IMG/VR virus record: IMGVR_UViG_3300037067_013225
Coordinates: 32,001 to 96,000 of that record
DNA: 64,000 bases
Strand: one strand, 5' to 3'
Source: a virus
Taxonomy: Duplodnaviria > Caudoviricetes
A program made the position numbers and the translations under genes. Of this stretch, positions 1 through 9,914 are shown one piece after another (position 1 is the first letter of the stretch; every line of letters begins with the position of its first letter). The notes under the pieces were generated by a model, which saw nothing but the letters and a program-made list of their open reading frames with translations, was not told the origin of the DNA and did not search any database.

Positions 1-2
1 TG

Positions 3-200
3 AAGTGTGGTTATGATAAAGCTTGTTGTTCATTAGAGGTTCACCATTTAGATCCAACAAAAAAAAAGATTAGAGGCTCTTCCTTAAAAAATTATAAAAT
101 AGCCAGTCTTATTGAAGAATTGGATGGTTGTATTTTGCTTTGTTCTAACTGTCATAAAGAGGAACATCACGGAATTCTCCCTCCAATCGGCAATGAATAG
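3..200 (+). CDS. HNH endonuclease, 5'-partial
   Basis: Frame from 3 reads KCGYDKACCSLEVHHLDP...CILLCSNCHKEEHH then TAG at 198-200; zinc-knuckle HNH pattern similar to ORF 53752..54141. Confidence 0.8.
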   Translation, partial: KCGYDKACCSLEVHHLDPTKKKIRGSSLKNYKIASLIEELDGCILLCSNCHKEEHHGILPPIGNE

Positions 201-325
201 AGTGATGGCCGAAGGGATACTTCATTGGGAACTTTGGATGTAGGTTCGATTCCTACCCTCCCGATACCGGGAGGTAGCTTAGCGGCAGAGCAAAAGTAGT
301 AAGACACCCTTCAAATAAATCCTCT
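199..325 (+). ncRNA. yrlA: Y RNA of YrlA type (circularly permuted tRNA mimic)
   Basis: T-arm GTAGG-TTCGATT-CCTAC (240-256), 7-bp acceptor-like stem CCTCCCG/CGGGAGG closed by ATAC loop (257-274), TA then D-arm GCTT-AGCGGCA-GAGC (275-291), ACTTT/AAAGT stem, outer GCCGAAGGG(208-216)/CCCTTC(307-312); lies upstream of Ro60 gene; ends approximate. Confidence 0.88.
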
Positions 326-351
326 TTAATTTCAATATTGTGAGATGAGCA

Positions 352-546
352 ATGAATATCGAATTTTTCCAGAGATTAATGGTAACGGTACTTTTTATAC
401 TTTCCATAATTTATAACATATGGGCAATGGGAGATCATTCATTATCTGATACTCAAAAGATAATACTATTGGGTATTTCTGCCATTTATCTTATCGGTGG
501 CGCTATTATTTCCGCATTGGCGACTATTATTGGCAAGATGAAGTAA
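352..546 (+). CDS. small two-TM membrane protein
   Basis: 64 aa with two hydrophobic segments. Confidence 0.6.
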   Translation: MNIEFFQRLMVTVLFILSIIYNIWAMGDHSLSDTQKIILLGISAIYLIGGAIISALATIIGKMK

Positions 547-576
547 TTTTATTCTAATATATCTTTCTGGAGAGAA

Positions 577-2109
577 ATGATGGCAAAATTCAACAAAACG
601 TCTACGATTCCGGTAGCTCAGAATAAAGCTGGCGGCAAAGCATACAATTTGGATTACAAATCAGAAATCGCAACGATTTTATTATCGTCTTTTCTGAATA
701 ATCAATATTATGCAGCCGGTTCGGAAGTAATTAATAGAATTAAAGAAATCGCACACGATCCTAAAACGGATAAAATGTTCTTGGCAAAAACTGCAATTTA
801 TGCTCGAAATGAATTCGGTATGCGATCTGCAAGTCATGTTTTAATGGCGGAACTTGCATCGGAAATGACGATGAATCCGCTTTACAAATATGCCGTCAAG
901 GCAGTATGTCATCGTCCGGATGATATGACGGAAATTCTCTCGTATTATTGGGCGAATGGTGGCTTAAAGAAACCGCACCACGCTCTACTAAAAGGTCTAG
1001 CATTATCTGTGCATAATTTTAACAGATATCAGCTAGCCAAATACAAGGCTGCATCAAAGGATGTTTCATTGATCGATCTAATTCGCATCACACATCCCTT
1101 GTCCAAGAATATTCTAAAGCTATTACCACCGAATGATCTCGTATTGTTGGATGAGCGGCGCAATGCAATTACGGATTTGATTTATGATCATCTGAAGGAT
1201 GAAACATACCAGACAAAGAAAACCGTTATTGGTCAAAGTGATTCTTCCGACGAAGAAAAGAAATCCATGACGGCAGAAATGTGGTCCGATTTTGTTAACA
1301 ATCCGAAGGTAGAATATTTTGCGTTATTGCGCAATCTAAATAATATCGCAGAGCAGAGCGATTCTTCAACGTTAACAAAGGCACTGGAAGTTCTAACGAA
1401 CGAACAACGCATCAAGCGCAGCATGGTTTTGCCGTTTAGATTTGCGGTAGCGCGCAAGCTATTTATGGGCGATATTATGGGACGCGGAAAGAAGGCCAAT
1501 TTTTCTGCGCAGATTATTTCCGCGCTAGATAAAGCGATGGACATTTCATTGAGCAATGTTCCGGAGTTTGCAGGAAAAACATTGGTTGCGGTCGATGTAT
1601 CGGGAAGTATGTCTGCGGATGCAACGAATGCACACATGTCATGTAGCGAGATTGCTGGATTATTTGCGGCTGCTCTATTCAAAAAGAATGCCGATCTCAT
1701 GTCTTTTGATACGCATGGTCGCTATGTTAGGGTCTCTCCAAATGACAGTATTTCTACCATTGCGGAGAAGATTTATAAATCCGGTTCCGGTGGCACATCA
1801 TTTGCGGCGATTTTTGAAACCGCATCTAAGGTATATGATAGGGTGATTATTCTCTCTGATATGCAGTCATGGAAAGACGATACTCAGTACGGATTGAAAG
1901 AATATCGTGAGAGATTTAGTGCCGATCCGTATATGTATTGCGTGGATTTGGCCGGACACGGTACGACACAATTTAAGAACAAGTTGATTACTTTATCTGG
2001 TTGGAGCGAGAAGCTTTTTGATTTGATTAAGCAGGCCGAACAAGATCCGCAAGTAATGATTCATGCGATTGAATCTGTGAGTTTTGGTAGAGCCAGCACC
2101 GCAAAATAG
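577..2109 (+). CDS. Ro60/Rsr TROVE-domain RNA-binding protein with C-terminal vWA
   Basis: AIYARNEFGMRS, RPDDMTEILSY, YQLAKY, ALLRNL, LPFRF, VAVDVSGSM (MIDAS), GGT, ILSDMQ, SGWSE motifs. Confidence 0.95.
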   Translation: MMAKFNKTSTIPVAQNKAGGKAYNLDYKSEIATILLSSFLNNQYYAAGSEVINRIKEIAHDPKTDKMFLAKTAIYARNEFGMRSASHVLMAELASEMTMNPLYKYAVKAVCHRPDDMTEILSYYWANGGLKKPHHALLKGLALSVHNFNRYQLAKYKAASKDVSLIDLIRITHPLSKNILKLLPPNDLVLLDERRNAITDLIYDHLKDETYQTKKTVIGQSDSSDEEKKSMTAEMWSDFVNNPKVEYFALLRNLNNIAEQSDSSTLTKALEVLTNEQRIKRSMVLPFRFAVARKLFMGDIMGRGKKANFSAQIISALDKAMDISLSNVPEFAGKTLVAVDVSGSMSADATNAHMSCSEIAGLFAAALFKKNADLMSFDTHGRYVRVSPNDSISTIAEKIYKSGSGGTSFAAIFETASKVYDRVIILSDMQSWKDDTQYGLKEYRERFSADPYMYCVDLAGHGTTQFKNKLITLSGWSEKLFDLIKQAEQDPQVMIHAIESVSFGRASTAK

Positions 2110-2134
2110 CTATTCCGTCACCTCCTATAGTCCT

Positions 2135-2157
2135 AGGCGGCGCAAGCCGCCTTTTTG
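2135..2157 (+). terminator. rho-independent terminator
   Basis: AGGCGGC-GCAA-GCCGCCT followed by T run. Confidence 0.85.
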
Positions 2158-2159
2158 TT

Positions 2160-2168
2160 GGGTAAATT
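2160..2168 (+). promoter_or_regulatory. GGG-TAAATT promoter, leaderless start at 2175
   Basis: -10-like hexamer exactly 6 nt before GTG, no SD; same geometry at several structural genes. Confidence 0.6.
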
Positions 2169-2174
2169 AGCCGT

Positions 2175-3521
2175 GTGGCATCCTTTATATATACAACGGG
2201 CAGAATCGGATTAGCGGATGGAACTGAACAATGGGCGAATGCTGCATACGATTACAAAGTTATGCTCGTTTATTCTTCTTACGTCCCAGACATATCAGAT
2301 ACAGTATCCGATATCAGCGCATATGAAGTTACGGGAACCGGGTATGTTCCAGGTTATGCGCAGACTGGACGAAAGGCTCTATCAAATCGATCAATAACGC
2401 ACAACAATAACATAACCAAGTATCTGGCTGGAAGTATTCTATGGGATACTTTAAATGTTGGAACTATTCATGCAATAGTTATTATTAGAGAAACTGGTGG
2501 TTCAGACGCAAGTTCTATTCCTATAGCGTATATTGATTCTGATTTAATGCCGTTATTTCCTATAATTACAGATGGCGGATATGTTGGATTTGATTTTAGC
2601 GTTTCTGGCATTATACAATATCAAGAGGCTACGGCTTACTCTGGGATATCTGGTTACTCCGGGATCAGTGGGTATTCAGGAATGTCCGGTTTGCCAGGAT
2701 TAGGTATCTCAGGCTATTCGGGATCAGGGATATCTGGATATTCGGGAGCGTCCGGATATAGCGGCGCTTCCGGGGCTGGTTATAGCGGTGAGAGCGGTTA
2801 TTCCGGTATTTCAGGGTATTCGGGCATAAGCGGATATTCTGGCGTTTCCGGTTTTTCAGGCTCAGGGATATCGGGATATTCAGGATCGGGCATTTCAGGT
2901 TATTCAGGTGCAGGCGCATCTGGTACTTCCGGTTATTCTGGTTTATCCGGATATAGTGGAAGAAGTGGATATTCGGGAATTTCCGGCTACTCTGGTTCTG
3001 GTATCTCCGGTTATAGTGGGTCAGGTGTTTCAGGATACTCTGGTTCCGGGATATCCGGTTATTCTGGCATAAGTGGTTATTCGGGTAAATCTGGATATTC
3101 TGGCGTTTCTGGTTATAGTGGTATTTCGGGTTACTCTGGGACAAGCGGTTATTCCGGTATTTCGGGTTACTCTGGGACAATCACTGGAACATTCACACAG
3201 GGAATGACTATGTGTAATTCTACTGGGATTGCCAATTCGGCTTTAAATATCATTGCGTGGAGAGCACCATTTTCATGTACCGTGACCAACGTTCGAGGTT
3301 ATAGGGTTGGCGGTACTGGTGCCACTATAAATGCCAGAAAGAATGGAACCGATAATCATTTAGCGTCTGCTTTATCCATATCTGGCACAGATACATGGAT
3401 AGATGGTGGTGCGGTGCAAAATACCTCATATTCTGCGGGTGATAAACTGGAATTGATGTTGGTTTCTACAGCCGGAACCGTAACACAATTGGGATTTTTG
3501 GTGGAGTTTTCAAGATCATGA
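2175..3521 (+). CDS. virion fibre-like protein with collagen-like (G-Y-S/G-I-S)n repeat
   Basis: Phage minor-tail-like N-terminus, about 180 aa of SGYSGISGYSG with Gly at every third residue, beta-rich C-terminus. Confidence 0.7.
   Translation: MASFIYTTGRIGLADGTEQWANAAYDYKVMLVYSSYVPDISDTVSDISAYEVTGTGYVPGYAQTGRKALSNRSITHNNNITKYLAGSILWDTLNVGTIHAIVIIRETGGSDASSIPIAYIDSDLMPLFPIITDGGYVGFDFSVSGIIQYQEATAYSGISGYSGISGYSGMSGLPGLGISGYSGSGISGYSGASGYSGASGAGYSGESGYSGISGYSGISGYSGVSGFSGSGISGYSGSGISGYSGAGASGTSGYSGLSGYSGRSGYSGISGYSGSGISGYSGSGVSGYSGSGISGYSGISGYSGKSGYSGVSGYSGISGYSGTSGYSGISGYSGTITGTFTQGMTMCNSTGIANSALNIIAWRAPFSCTVTNVRGYRVGGTGATINARKNGTDNHLASALSISGTDTWIDGGAVQNTSYSAGDKLELMLVSTAGTVTQLGFLVEFSRS
2635..3180 (+). 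repeat. degenerate 9/18-bp coding repeat (SGY/SGI)
   Basis: Tandem TCN-GGN-TAY/ATN units with synonymous variation. Confidence 0.9.
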
Positions 3522-5467
3522 CCAGATTAAAGACAGTCGAATTTCATATCCCAACACTAGCTGCATTGCCAGACAACACTCTAACAGCCATGCAGCAAAT
3601 AACACTATATGTGCCGGAAGTTGATAACGTTGTAACATGGAAATCATGCGTTATTAACGTCTCATTCAAACAACTATCTGGACACGTTTTGGGAAATATT
3701 AATAGCCGTCAAATTGATGTTAGCGTTAATGGCGCTGCCGCAACGAGCTATATCAATGCGAATCTTTATACTGCTTCTGGAGAGAATATTTGTCTATTTC
3801 ACGGTGCGAATTGCACCGATCATTTTACGTCTAATTGGACGGAAAATCCCACAGCTACATTGGATATCTCTGTCCTGATTGACGATGCATCTGCTACTCC
3901 CGTATGGGGTGGCGTGGATGCCACGATATATTTAACTTACGAATATGACGATACATCAACCACTCAGATTAAGACCGTTTATATTCCGTTAGATGCTCCG
4001 GTAGGAGCCTTTGGGACATCCAAACCCGGCACACCCACTGCAACAATTGCGGCCCTAGATACTGATTTACCAGAATATAGTAAGGTTATCCGGAGTATGT
4101 ATATCGTGTGTCAGGGTAACACGGGGATAACGGCAACGACGGATTATATTGTGAATATGCAAATAGATACATATACTGCGTTTGCATCGCCCACATTAGA
4201 GGGGGGATTGGCATCAGCAAAATGGGAGCGGAATATAGCATCACTGTTATATTATGATGGTACTCCATCGGTACAGGGAATCGGGATGGATACTTCCGCA
4301 TCTCATGGATTCTATCTTTGGGCCAATATAGCCAAACTTAATCATCAGCAAGTATATATGGTAGTCACTTATGAATTCGATGCTTATGATACAAATGATG
4401 TTTTTGTTTCTGTGATGTTGCCAATGAAAATTGATGCACAAATGGGAATGGCTGCTTCTGATTTCCAACGTGGGTTGTCGGAATTGTGGATTGAAGAGGA
4501 AAATATCTCCGTAAAACAAATTGCCTGTTATGCTTTTTGGGATCAGAGTAATGTACTTAGTTCTCTAAATATGCGTATTGGAACGGGGGATTTTGTAACT
4601 TATACCGATTCGGCAGCTACCGTTTGTGGTTCGGTTGGTTGTATGGTGCGAAATGATAATGCTACAATATTGGCAAGGGGGAAAAATCTATTCAATTACG
4701 ATGTGTATCTCACACCTACAAATGCGATATGGGGTTGGGCTGTCAATGGTTTCTGGATCATTAACTATATCGGAAACAAACCTGTGGCTGGTTATGGAGC
4801 AGCCAATCATACCGTTAGATGGAATTTTATCGCACCCTATAGTGGTACTTCGATTGCCACACAAACAAAAACCACCACATCTGCGATTGCCCCAGAAATA
4901 CCCGAAACCGAATATTGGCTAAGCAACGCAGGCACATCCTATACCTATTATACGGACGCTGCCGGTTCCGTAACATATTTGCAGGTATCAATAGAAAATA
5001 CTGCTGATGAGAGCGGGGTGCAGTGGATTCCTGTATTTTTAAATGCAAGTGTTCCAGATTCGGAAACTGGACTACATTCTGTTTTTGCAGACTGTAGTTT
5101 GTATCTCAAACGAGAGCCAAACGATCCGACAAACTGCGATATTATTAAAGCGGCGTGTTTAGATATAGAGACTCCTCGTAGATGGGATGTATTGCATCTT
5201 GGTGGTAGCATATGGGAGTCTCTGGATATGTGGTTTACATATCACACCAACATGTATGAGGTGGCTGGAAATATAACGCAGAGTGCGGGTGGTACTATAA
5301 ATATTCAGGTATGGGATAATGTGACTAAGGAATTAAGGGCAACAACAACGATTGTGGGTGACGGAGCGTATTCCGTTTTAATATACGATAGTGCTCATGA
5401 TATATTTGTGGAGGCTCTGGAAGATTCAACGCATATCGGTCGTTCAAATACAGGGGAAGCAGAATAA
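3518..5467 (+). CDS. putative virion/tail-associated protein
   Basis: 649 aa, T/S/N-rich beta-type composition, overlaps stop of the fibre gene. Confidence 0.55.
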   Translation: MTRLKTVEFHIPTLAALPDNTLTAMQQITLYVPEVDNVVTWKSCVINVSFKQLSGHVLGNINSRQIDVSVNGAAATSYINANLYTASGENICLFHGANCTDHFTSNWTENPTATLDISVLIDDASATPVWGGVDATIYLTYEYDDTSTTQIKTVYIPLDAPVGAFGTSKPGTPTATIAALDTDLPEYSKVIRSMYIVCQGNTGITATTDYIVNMQIDTYTAFASPTLEGGLASAKWERNIASLLYYDGTPSVQGIGMDTSASHGFYLWANIAKLNHQQVYMVVTYEFDAYDTNDVFVSVMLPMKIDAQMGMAASDFQRGLSELWIEEENISVKQIACYAFWDQSNVLSSLNMRIGTGDFVTYTDSAATVCGSVGCMVRNDNATILARGKNLFNYDVYLTPTNAIWGWAVNGFWIINYIGNKPVAGYGAANHTVRWNFIAPYSGTSIATQTKTTTSAIAPEIPETEYWLSNAGTSYTYYTDAAGSVTYLQVSIENTADESGVQWIPVFLNASVPDSETGLHSVFADCSLYLKREPNDPTNCDIIKAACLDIETPRRWDVLHLGGSIWESLDMWFTYHTNMYEVAGNITQSAGGTINIQVWDNVTKELRATTTIVGDGAYSVLIYDSAHDIFVEALEDSTHIGRSNTGEAE

Positions 5468-5586
5468 TGGCATTTGATATCGTATTAAGAGATAACGGAT
5501 CAAATTCTTTTGATATCTCTTTATCTGATGCGCCAACCGCCGAAGAGACATTAATTTTATTGTGGAATAATGAGGGATTGATTTGA
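5467..5586 (+). CDS. small hypothetical protein (39 aa)
   Basis: TAATG coupling; MAFDIVLRDNGSNSFDISLSDAP...; not in ORF track. Confidence 0.5.
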   Translation: MAFDIVLRDNGSNSFDISLSDAPTAEETLILLWNNEGLI

Positions 5587-5966
5587 ATTACGATATTTTT
5601 GTAGAGCCGCTGGTTGATTATCAGATAATTCCGGCACCTATTGCGCTTTATTCAGATTTATGTTTTCAAAAACGGCCATTTGGACGTTTCTCGTACAATA
5701 AAATAATTCCTCAATATACCGGAATTAAACTAATTCGCAGCCTAGATGATCAATATATGTGGGTTGGCACAGCCGGATTGTGGTCCGCTAAAGTCTGGAA
5801 GAACCAACCATACACAAGTGGCGATGCCGGTTTCGGCTACGAAATTCTAAAACGAGCATCCGTGGTGCTCAAGGGGCATCAAACCTACGGTGTCATGTCT
5901 GATATTCCGGCGTTGGAGCAATTTATTAATAAATCGATATATGAGATGCGCAACCAATATCGGTAA
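5583..5966 (+). CDS. hypothetical protein
   Basis: 127-aa ORF in operon. Confidence 0.55.
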   Translation: MNYDIFVEPLVDYQIIPAPIALYSDLCFQKRPFGRFSYNKIIPQYTGIKLIRSLDDQYMWVGTAGLWSAKVWKNQPYTSGDAGFGYEILKRASVVLKGHQTYGVMSDIPALEQFINKSIYEMRNQYR

Positions 5967-5980
5967 TTTTCCGTAACCGC

Positions 5981-6009
5981 TTGACATCGGCACGATGTTG
6001 TGGTATTAT
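5981..6009 (+). promoter_or_regulatory. sigma70-type promoter, leaderless start at 6016
   Basis: TTGACA-17-TATTAT with extended TG, ATG 6 nt downstream. Confidence 0.8.
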
Positions 6010-6015
6010 TAGACC

Positions 6016-6432
6016 ATGCAGCGATTGCGGTATGACGGTTTCGAGGTTGAGTTCGTTTATGATGGCGATCAAAATCTCTTGATCGAATTTGTCGAAATGG
6101 GAGATCGAAGAGATCTCATTGTCGCTCTACGTTATTGGGGAGGCATCCCTCGTTGGACTGGTAAAGTCGGGCAAGTAGCCATACAGGGGAATCAGGCATT
6201 CGTTAAGTGTGATTTCGCACTTGCGCGGAGTTCCGATCCTCTAGGTCAAAGTAAGAACAAAGACAATCATGCATTGCATGAGTTGATTAGATTTGTTCAC
6301 GATGGAGTTTATACAAAGAAGTCTGGTACCATTGCCAAACCATCAGGCTCTATTCCATTTCGTATTACTTCTGGATATGATTTGGAAAAGAGTGGATTTA
6401 GGAATGAAGAATTACAATGGGTAGATTTTTAA
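6016..6432 (+). CDS. hypothetical protein with C-terminal VDF tag
   Basis: Ends EELQWVDF*. Confidence 0.75.
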   Translation: MQRLRYDGFEVEFVYDGDQNLLIEFVEMGDRRDLIVALRYWGGIPRWTGKVGQVAIQGNQAFVKCDFALARSSDPLGQSKNKDNHALHELIRFVHDGVYTKKSGTIAKPSGSIPFRITSGYDLEKSGFRNEELQWVDF

Positions 6433-6448
6433 ATTAAAGGAGTATTGC

Positions 6449-6931
6449 ATGTGTACAGATCCGTATGATTCGACAGATAAGTTGTTCAAACAACTTGTAA
6501 GAGAAAAACGTTGTACTGTGGGATTTTTTGAGCGGGAATATACCGTTGCAGTTGATCCGACACCTCTGCTTTCCCGTCAGGGCGTTTTTGCACGAAACAA
6601 TGATATTGCATTGGCACAAGTATATACGCTTGATACCGTGTGTGTGTTGCGTGTGCCTGGTGGATATATCGTTGGAACTACCGCCCAATCGCCAGAAGAT
6701 ACCGAAGATAGAGAGCTTGCCAAATTCAAGGCATTTCGTCGCGCTCTAGAGAATGCGGTTAAGTCCAAACCGATCCAGTATCAACAGATCGCCAAAACGA
6801 TCAAGGAATCCCTTGCCGAAAAAATCGGCCAAAAATATGGTACATCGTTCAAACATATCGGATTGAAAAACGAAACGTTTGATATCGATGTTGATGAATT
6901 CGTTAAAACGTGTAAAAATCTTGTAGTTTAA
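6449..6931 (+). CDS. hypothetical protein
   Basis: AGGAG SD, 160 aa. Confidence 0.7.
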   Translation: MCTDPYDSTDKLFKQLVREKRCTVGFFEREYTVAVDPTPLLSRQGVFARNNDIALAQVYTLDTVCVLRVPGGYIVGTTAQSPEDTEDRELAKFKAFRRALENAVKSKPIQYQQIAKTIKESLAEKIGQKYGTSFKHIGLKNETFDIDVDEFVKTCKNLVV

Positions 6932-6937
6932 ACGAGA

Positions 6938-7243
6938 GTGAAAAGTATGCCAACCAAATTTGAGACTGAACCAATATGCGCTTTCAGTTTTGCAGTCCCT
7001 CGCAACTGGCGTTACGATGTGAAGAAGGAATTTCATCAGTCTCTTGGTGATGCGTGTCCTCCAGGATTAATCCTGGAGGACACTGATGTTCCTGTAGGGA
7101 ATGCTTTTATCGTCATTACGTTAAAACGATTTCGCGAGAAAGCTGAAAAAGTTATTGCCAAACATATTGATGCATACAATCAGGTCAACACGGCGCGCAA
7201 AGCACAAGATGCTCGTGGGAGCGAAGGGCCACGAATTCTATGA
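6938..7243 (+). CDS. hypothetical protein
   Basis: 101-aa ORF in operon. Confidence 0.6.
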   Translation: MKSMPTKFETEPICAFSFAVPRNWRYDVKKEFHQSLGDACPPGLILEDTDVPVGNAFIVITLKRFREKAEKVIAKHIDAYNQVNTARKAQDARGSEGPRIL

Positions 7244-7875
7244 TTGAACAAATCATCGGTGTTGGTGGTTCTGCGGGTGCTGGCAAAAGCACCCTATGTA
7301 AGGTTGCAAGCAATTTCTTCGGGTTTCAACATCTTGAAATGGCCGATCCTTTACGCAAAATAGCCGCAGTGTTTCAGGCTGATGGGTACGGTTACGAACC
7401 GGCCATAGATTATGCCGATCTGCATCTGGCCTTGGTTAATGCCGGATATATTTTGGATGCGCACGAAACCACTATCGGGTTGAATAAAATTTTAGCGATG
7501 TTTGATATGGTTAACGAATATCGCGAAACAAAATCGGTTCATGATAGAGCCTTTGTGCAGTTTTTAGGTACGGAAGTCATGCGGCATTTGTTTGGTGAAA
7601 ACGTTCATTGTAATGCAGTATGGTCTAATTTACAGCCCTTGGCTCTACCAAAAAAACTTATTATTGGTAGTATACGGTTTCAGAACGAATATGATTTTTG
7701 GAAATCTAAAGCGATTAAATATAGCCAGATTATTATAGATCGTAAAACACCGCAATTAAATCATATTAGTGAGGTATGGTATAGGAGTTTTTCTGGCGAG
7801 AAAACAATCATTAAAAATGACGGATCGATGGCCGATTTCGTTAAAGATTGTGCATACACTATACAAAATATCTAG
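7240..7875 (+). CDS. deoxynucleoside monophosphate kinase-like
   Basis: IIGVGGSAGAGKST P-loop, MADPLR, R..VQFLGTEVMR, IRFQNE, HISE, IKNDGS. Confidence 0.85.
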   Translation: MIEQIIGVGGSAGAGKSTLCKVASNFFGFQHLEMADPLRKIAAVFQADGYGYEPAIDYADLHLALVNAGYILDAHETTIGLNKILAMFDMVNEYRETKSVHDRAFVQFLGTEVMRHLFGENVHCNAVWSNLQPLALPKKLIIGSIRFQNEYDFWKSKAIKYSQIIIDRKTPQLNHISEVWYRSFSGEKTIIKNDGSMADFVKDCAYTIQNI

Positions 7876-7884
7876 GAGTAATAA

Positions 7885-8709
7885 ATGGACGACGAAATCT
7901 ATGTCAAGCCTCAAACCGTAATGAGGATTATCGGAGTGGTTATTCTTTGCGTAGTGCTGTTTTGGGCAGGTTGTTCAGCATTGCGATTTGTTAAACCGGG
8001 AACTGAAGGTGTTCCGATTGTGTTGGGTGCGGTACAAGCCCACACACTTACACCAGGACCGCACATTGTGGCACCATTTATCACGAGTGTTGCTGTTTTG
8101 GAAACGCGAGAGCAAAAGGAGCAAGTCGAAGTAACGGCTGCATCGAAGGATTTGCAGGATGTTAAGAGCATCATCGCTTTGAACTTTCACATTAATCCCG
8201 GAGAGGCTGGCAGGTTGTATCAGGAAATCGGGTTATCTTATAAGGAACGTGTCATTGATCCTGCTCTACAAGAAGCATTCAAATCAGCTACGTCCAAATA
8301 CACGGCAGAGCAATTGATTACTCGGCGAGACGAAGTAAAGACCGTTGCAACAGATTTGCTGAAGACTAGGTTGCAAGATCGATTTATTAGCGTTAATGCG
8401 TTATCTATTGTTAATTTTGAATTCAGCGAGGGATTTACTAAGGCTATTGAGCAAAAGCAGATTGCTGAACAAAACGCATTAAAGGCGAGTCGCGATTTAG
8501 ATCGGATTAAGATCGAAGCCGAACAACGAATCGTTCAGGCGCAGGCCGAAGCGGAATCTCTAAGATTGCAGAAGGATAATCTTTCCGTAGATCTGATTTC
8601 ATTGCGTCAAATCGAATTAATGAAGACTTGGATTGCGAAATGGGATGGCAAAATGCCCATGTATATGAATGGTGGCGATAACGCGATGTTTATGATGCCG
8701 CTAAAATAA
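7885..8709 (+). CDS. SPFH/prohibitin (band 7) protein
   Basis: N-terminal TM, PGPH, ASKDLQDV, YTAEQLITRR, FTKAIEQKQIAEQ, KWDGKMP. Confidence 0.92.
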   Translation: MDDEIYVKPQTVMRIIGVVILCVVLFWAGCSALRFVKPGTEGVPIVLGAVQAHTLTPGPHIVAPFITSVAVLETREQKEQVEVTAASKDLQDVKSIIALNFHINPGEAGRLYQEIGLSYKERVIDPALQEAFKSATSKYTAEQLITRRDEVKTVATDLLKTRLQDRFISVNALSIVNFEFSEGFTKAIEQKQIAEQNALKASRDLDRIKIEAEQRIVQAQAEAESLRLQKDNLSVDLISLRQIELMKTWIAKWDGKMPMYMNGGDNAMFMMPLK

Positions 8710-8719
8710 GGAGATATCC

Positions 8720-8872
8720 ATGAGAGAATATCTAGTATACGAAATCGACTATCCCGAAACAGGTACCATCGTCGAAGCTGACAACGAAGATGAAGCGAAG
8801 AAAATATACAACGAGATGACGGGAAGCCCATTACCATATGACAGTCTAGATGTGTATTTTTGGATGGAATAG
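8720..8872 (+). CDS. small hypothetical protein (50 aa)
   Basis: AAGGAG SD, MREYLVYEID...VEADNEDEAKK; not in ORF track. Confidence 0.6.
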   Translation: MREYLVYEIDYPETGTIVEADNEDEAKKIYNEMTGSPLPYDSLDVYFWME

Positions 8873-8931
8873 TAAGATGATGTCTGCGAAAATTAAACCG
8901 CCAGAATAATTAATTTGTTTCTTTCTGATTT

Positions 8932-8957
8932 TGGAGGCGAAAGCCTCCATTTTTTTT
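8932..8957 (+). terminator. rho-independent terminator
   Basis: TGGAGGC-GAAA-GCCTCCA plus T8, directly followed by GGG-TACAAT. Confidence 0.85.
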
Positions 8958-8972
8958 GGGTACAATTGAGAC

Positions 8973-9914
8973 ATGCGGAAGAAATGTATTCTTGTGGGAA
9001 GCGTTGGTTCAGCTAGGGCGATGTGTTCGACTATCGGATTATTCTATGCTCTCAAATATTATGATTTCGATATCATCGGTATGACGGGTGTTTCTGGTGG
9101 ATCTATCGCGTTACCTTTATTGGCTCAAGATATTTCTATTAATGAATTGGTCCAGACCATTTCAACCGTAGATGGTTCTAAGATACAGGATCAAGATATC
9201 ACCCAGCAGGCAATAGATTGGGTCAGAAATAAATTGGGGATGAAGCGCAAGGGCGATGTTCCATTTACTGGCGTGTTTCGCGGTAATGGGCTGAAGGGAG
9301 AGCTAAAAAAGGTATACGCAAAATATAATGCTTTAACATTTGAAAATGCTAAAATACCATTTAGTGTTATAGCTACCAAGATCGCCATTCCGGAACAATA
9401 CGTTGCTATTACAGAACAAAATCCACATATTACTTTTTTAAATGCGATAACTCGCAATTTTAAAGAAGTATTCAAACATGGTGATGTGCTATGTCCTGTT
9501 AGAGCCTCCACTGCCATTCCTCTAATTTTCCGTCCTGAGAAGATCAACCGGTGTTTGTACGTTGATGGTGGTGCGGTAGAGAGTATCCCGGTGTGGTCTG
9601 CGATACAAGAATATGGTAAATATGATGTATTCGTGGCGGATGCGACTGGAGATATTCTAACGGAGCCAATGTTTGCAGATGATGTTGATTCCCTGATTGA
9701 GATTGGTGTTGCCACCATACACAGCATTATCCGAGAATCCTCATTGCAGAAGTTAAATCAATCCATGACTCTATTAAATTCCATTTCAAAACAAATCGTT
9801 TTAGTTAAACCTAAAATTAAAGTTGGTATGACCGAAGTAAAACAATATGAGCCTGCGATTATGCAAGCTTATGATTATGCCCTGAAATATATTCCGGAGG
9901 TATATAGTGTCTGA
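8973..9914 (+). CDS. patatin-like phospholipase
   Basis: GVSGG nucleophile elbow, RASTAIPLIF, YVDGG; leaderless start after GGGTACAAT. Confidence 0.88.
   Translation: MRKKCILVGSVGSARAMCSTIGLFYALKYYDFDIIGMTGVSGGSIALPLLAQDISINELVQTISTVDGSKIQDQDITQQAIDWVRNKLGMKRKGDVPFTGVFRGNGLKGELKKVYAKYNALTFENAKIPFSVIATKIAIPEQYVAITEQNPHITFLNAITRNFKEVFKHGDVLCPVRASTAIPLIFRPEKINRCLYVDGGAVESIPVWSAIQEYGKYDVFVADATGDILTEPMFADDVDSLIEIGVATIHSIIRESSLQKLNQSMTLLNSISKQIVLVKPKIKVGMTEVKQYEPAIMQAYDYALKYIPEVYSV

Noticed and set aside
240-291. Canonical tRNA gene
   Set aside because: T-arm precedes D-arm, the acceptor stem is closed by a loop and there is no anticodon loop; fits YrlA instead
2665-3180. Minus-strand N/R-rich ORF and other nested antisense ORFs in the track
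   Set aside because: Shadows of the coding repeat or of well-supported genes on the other strand
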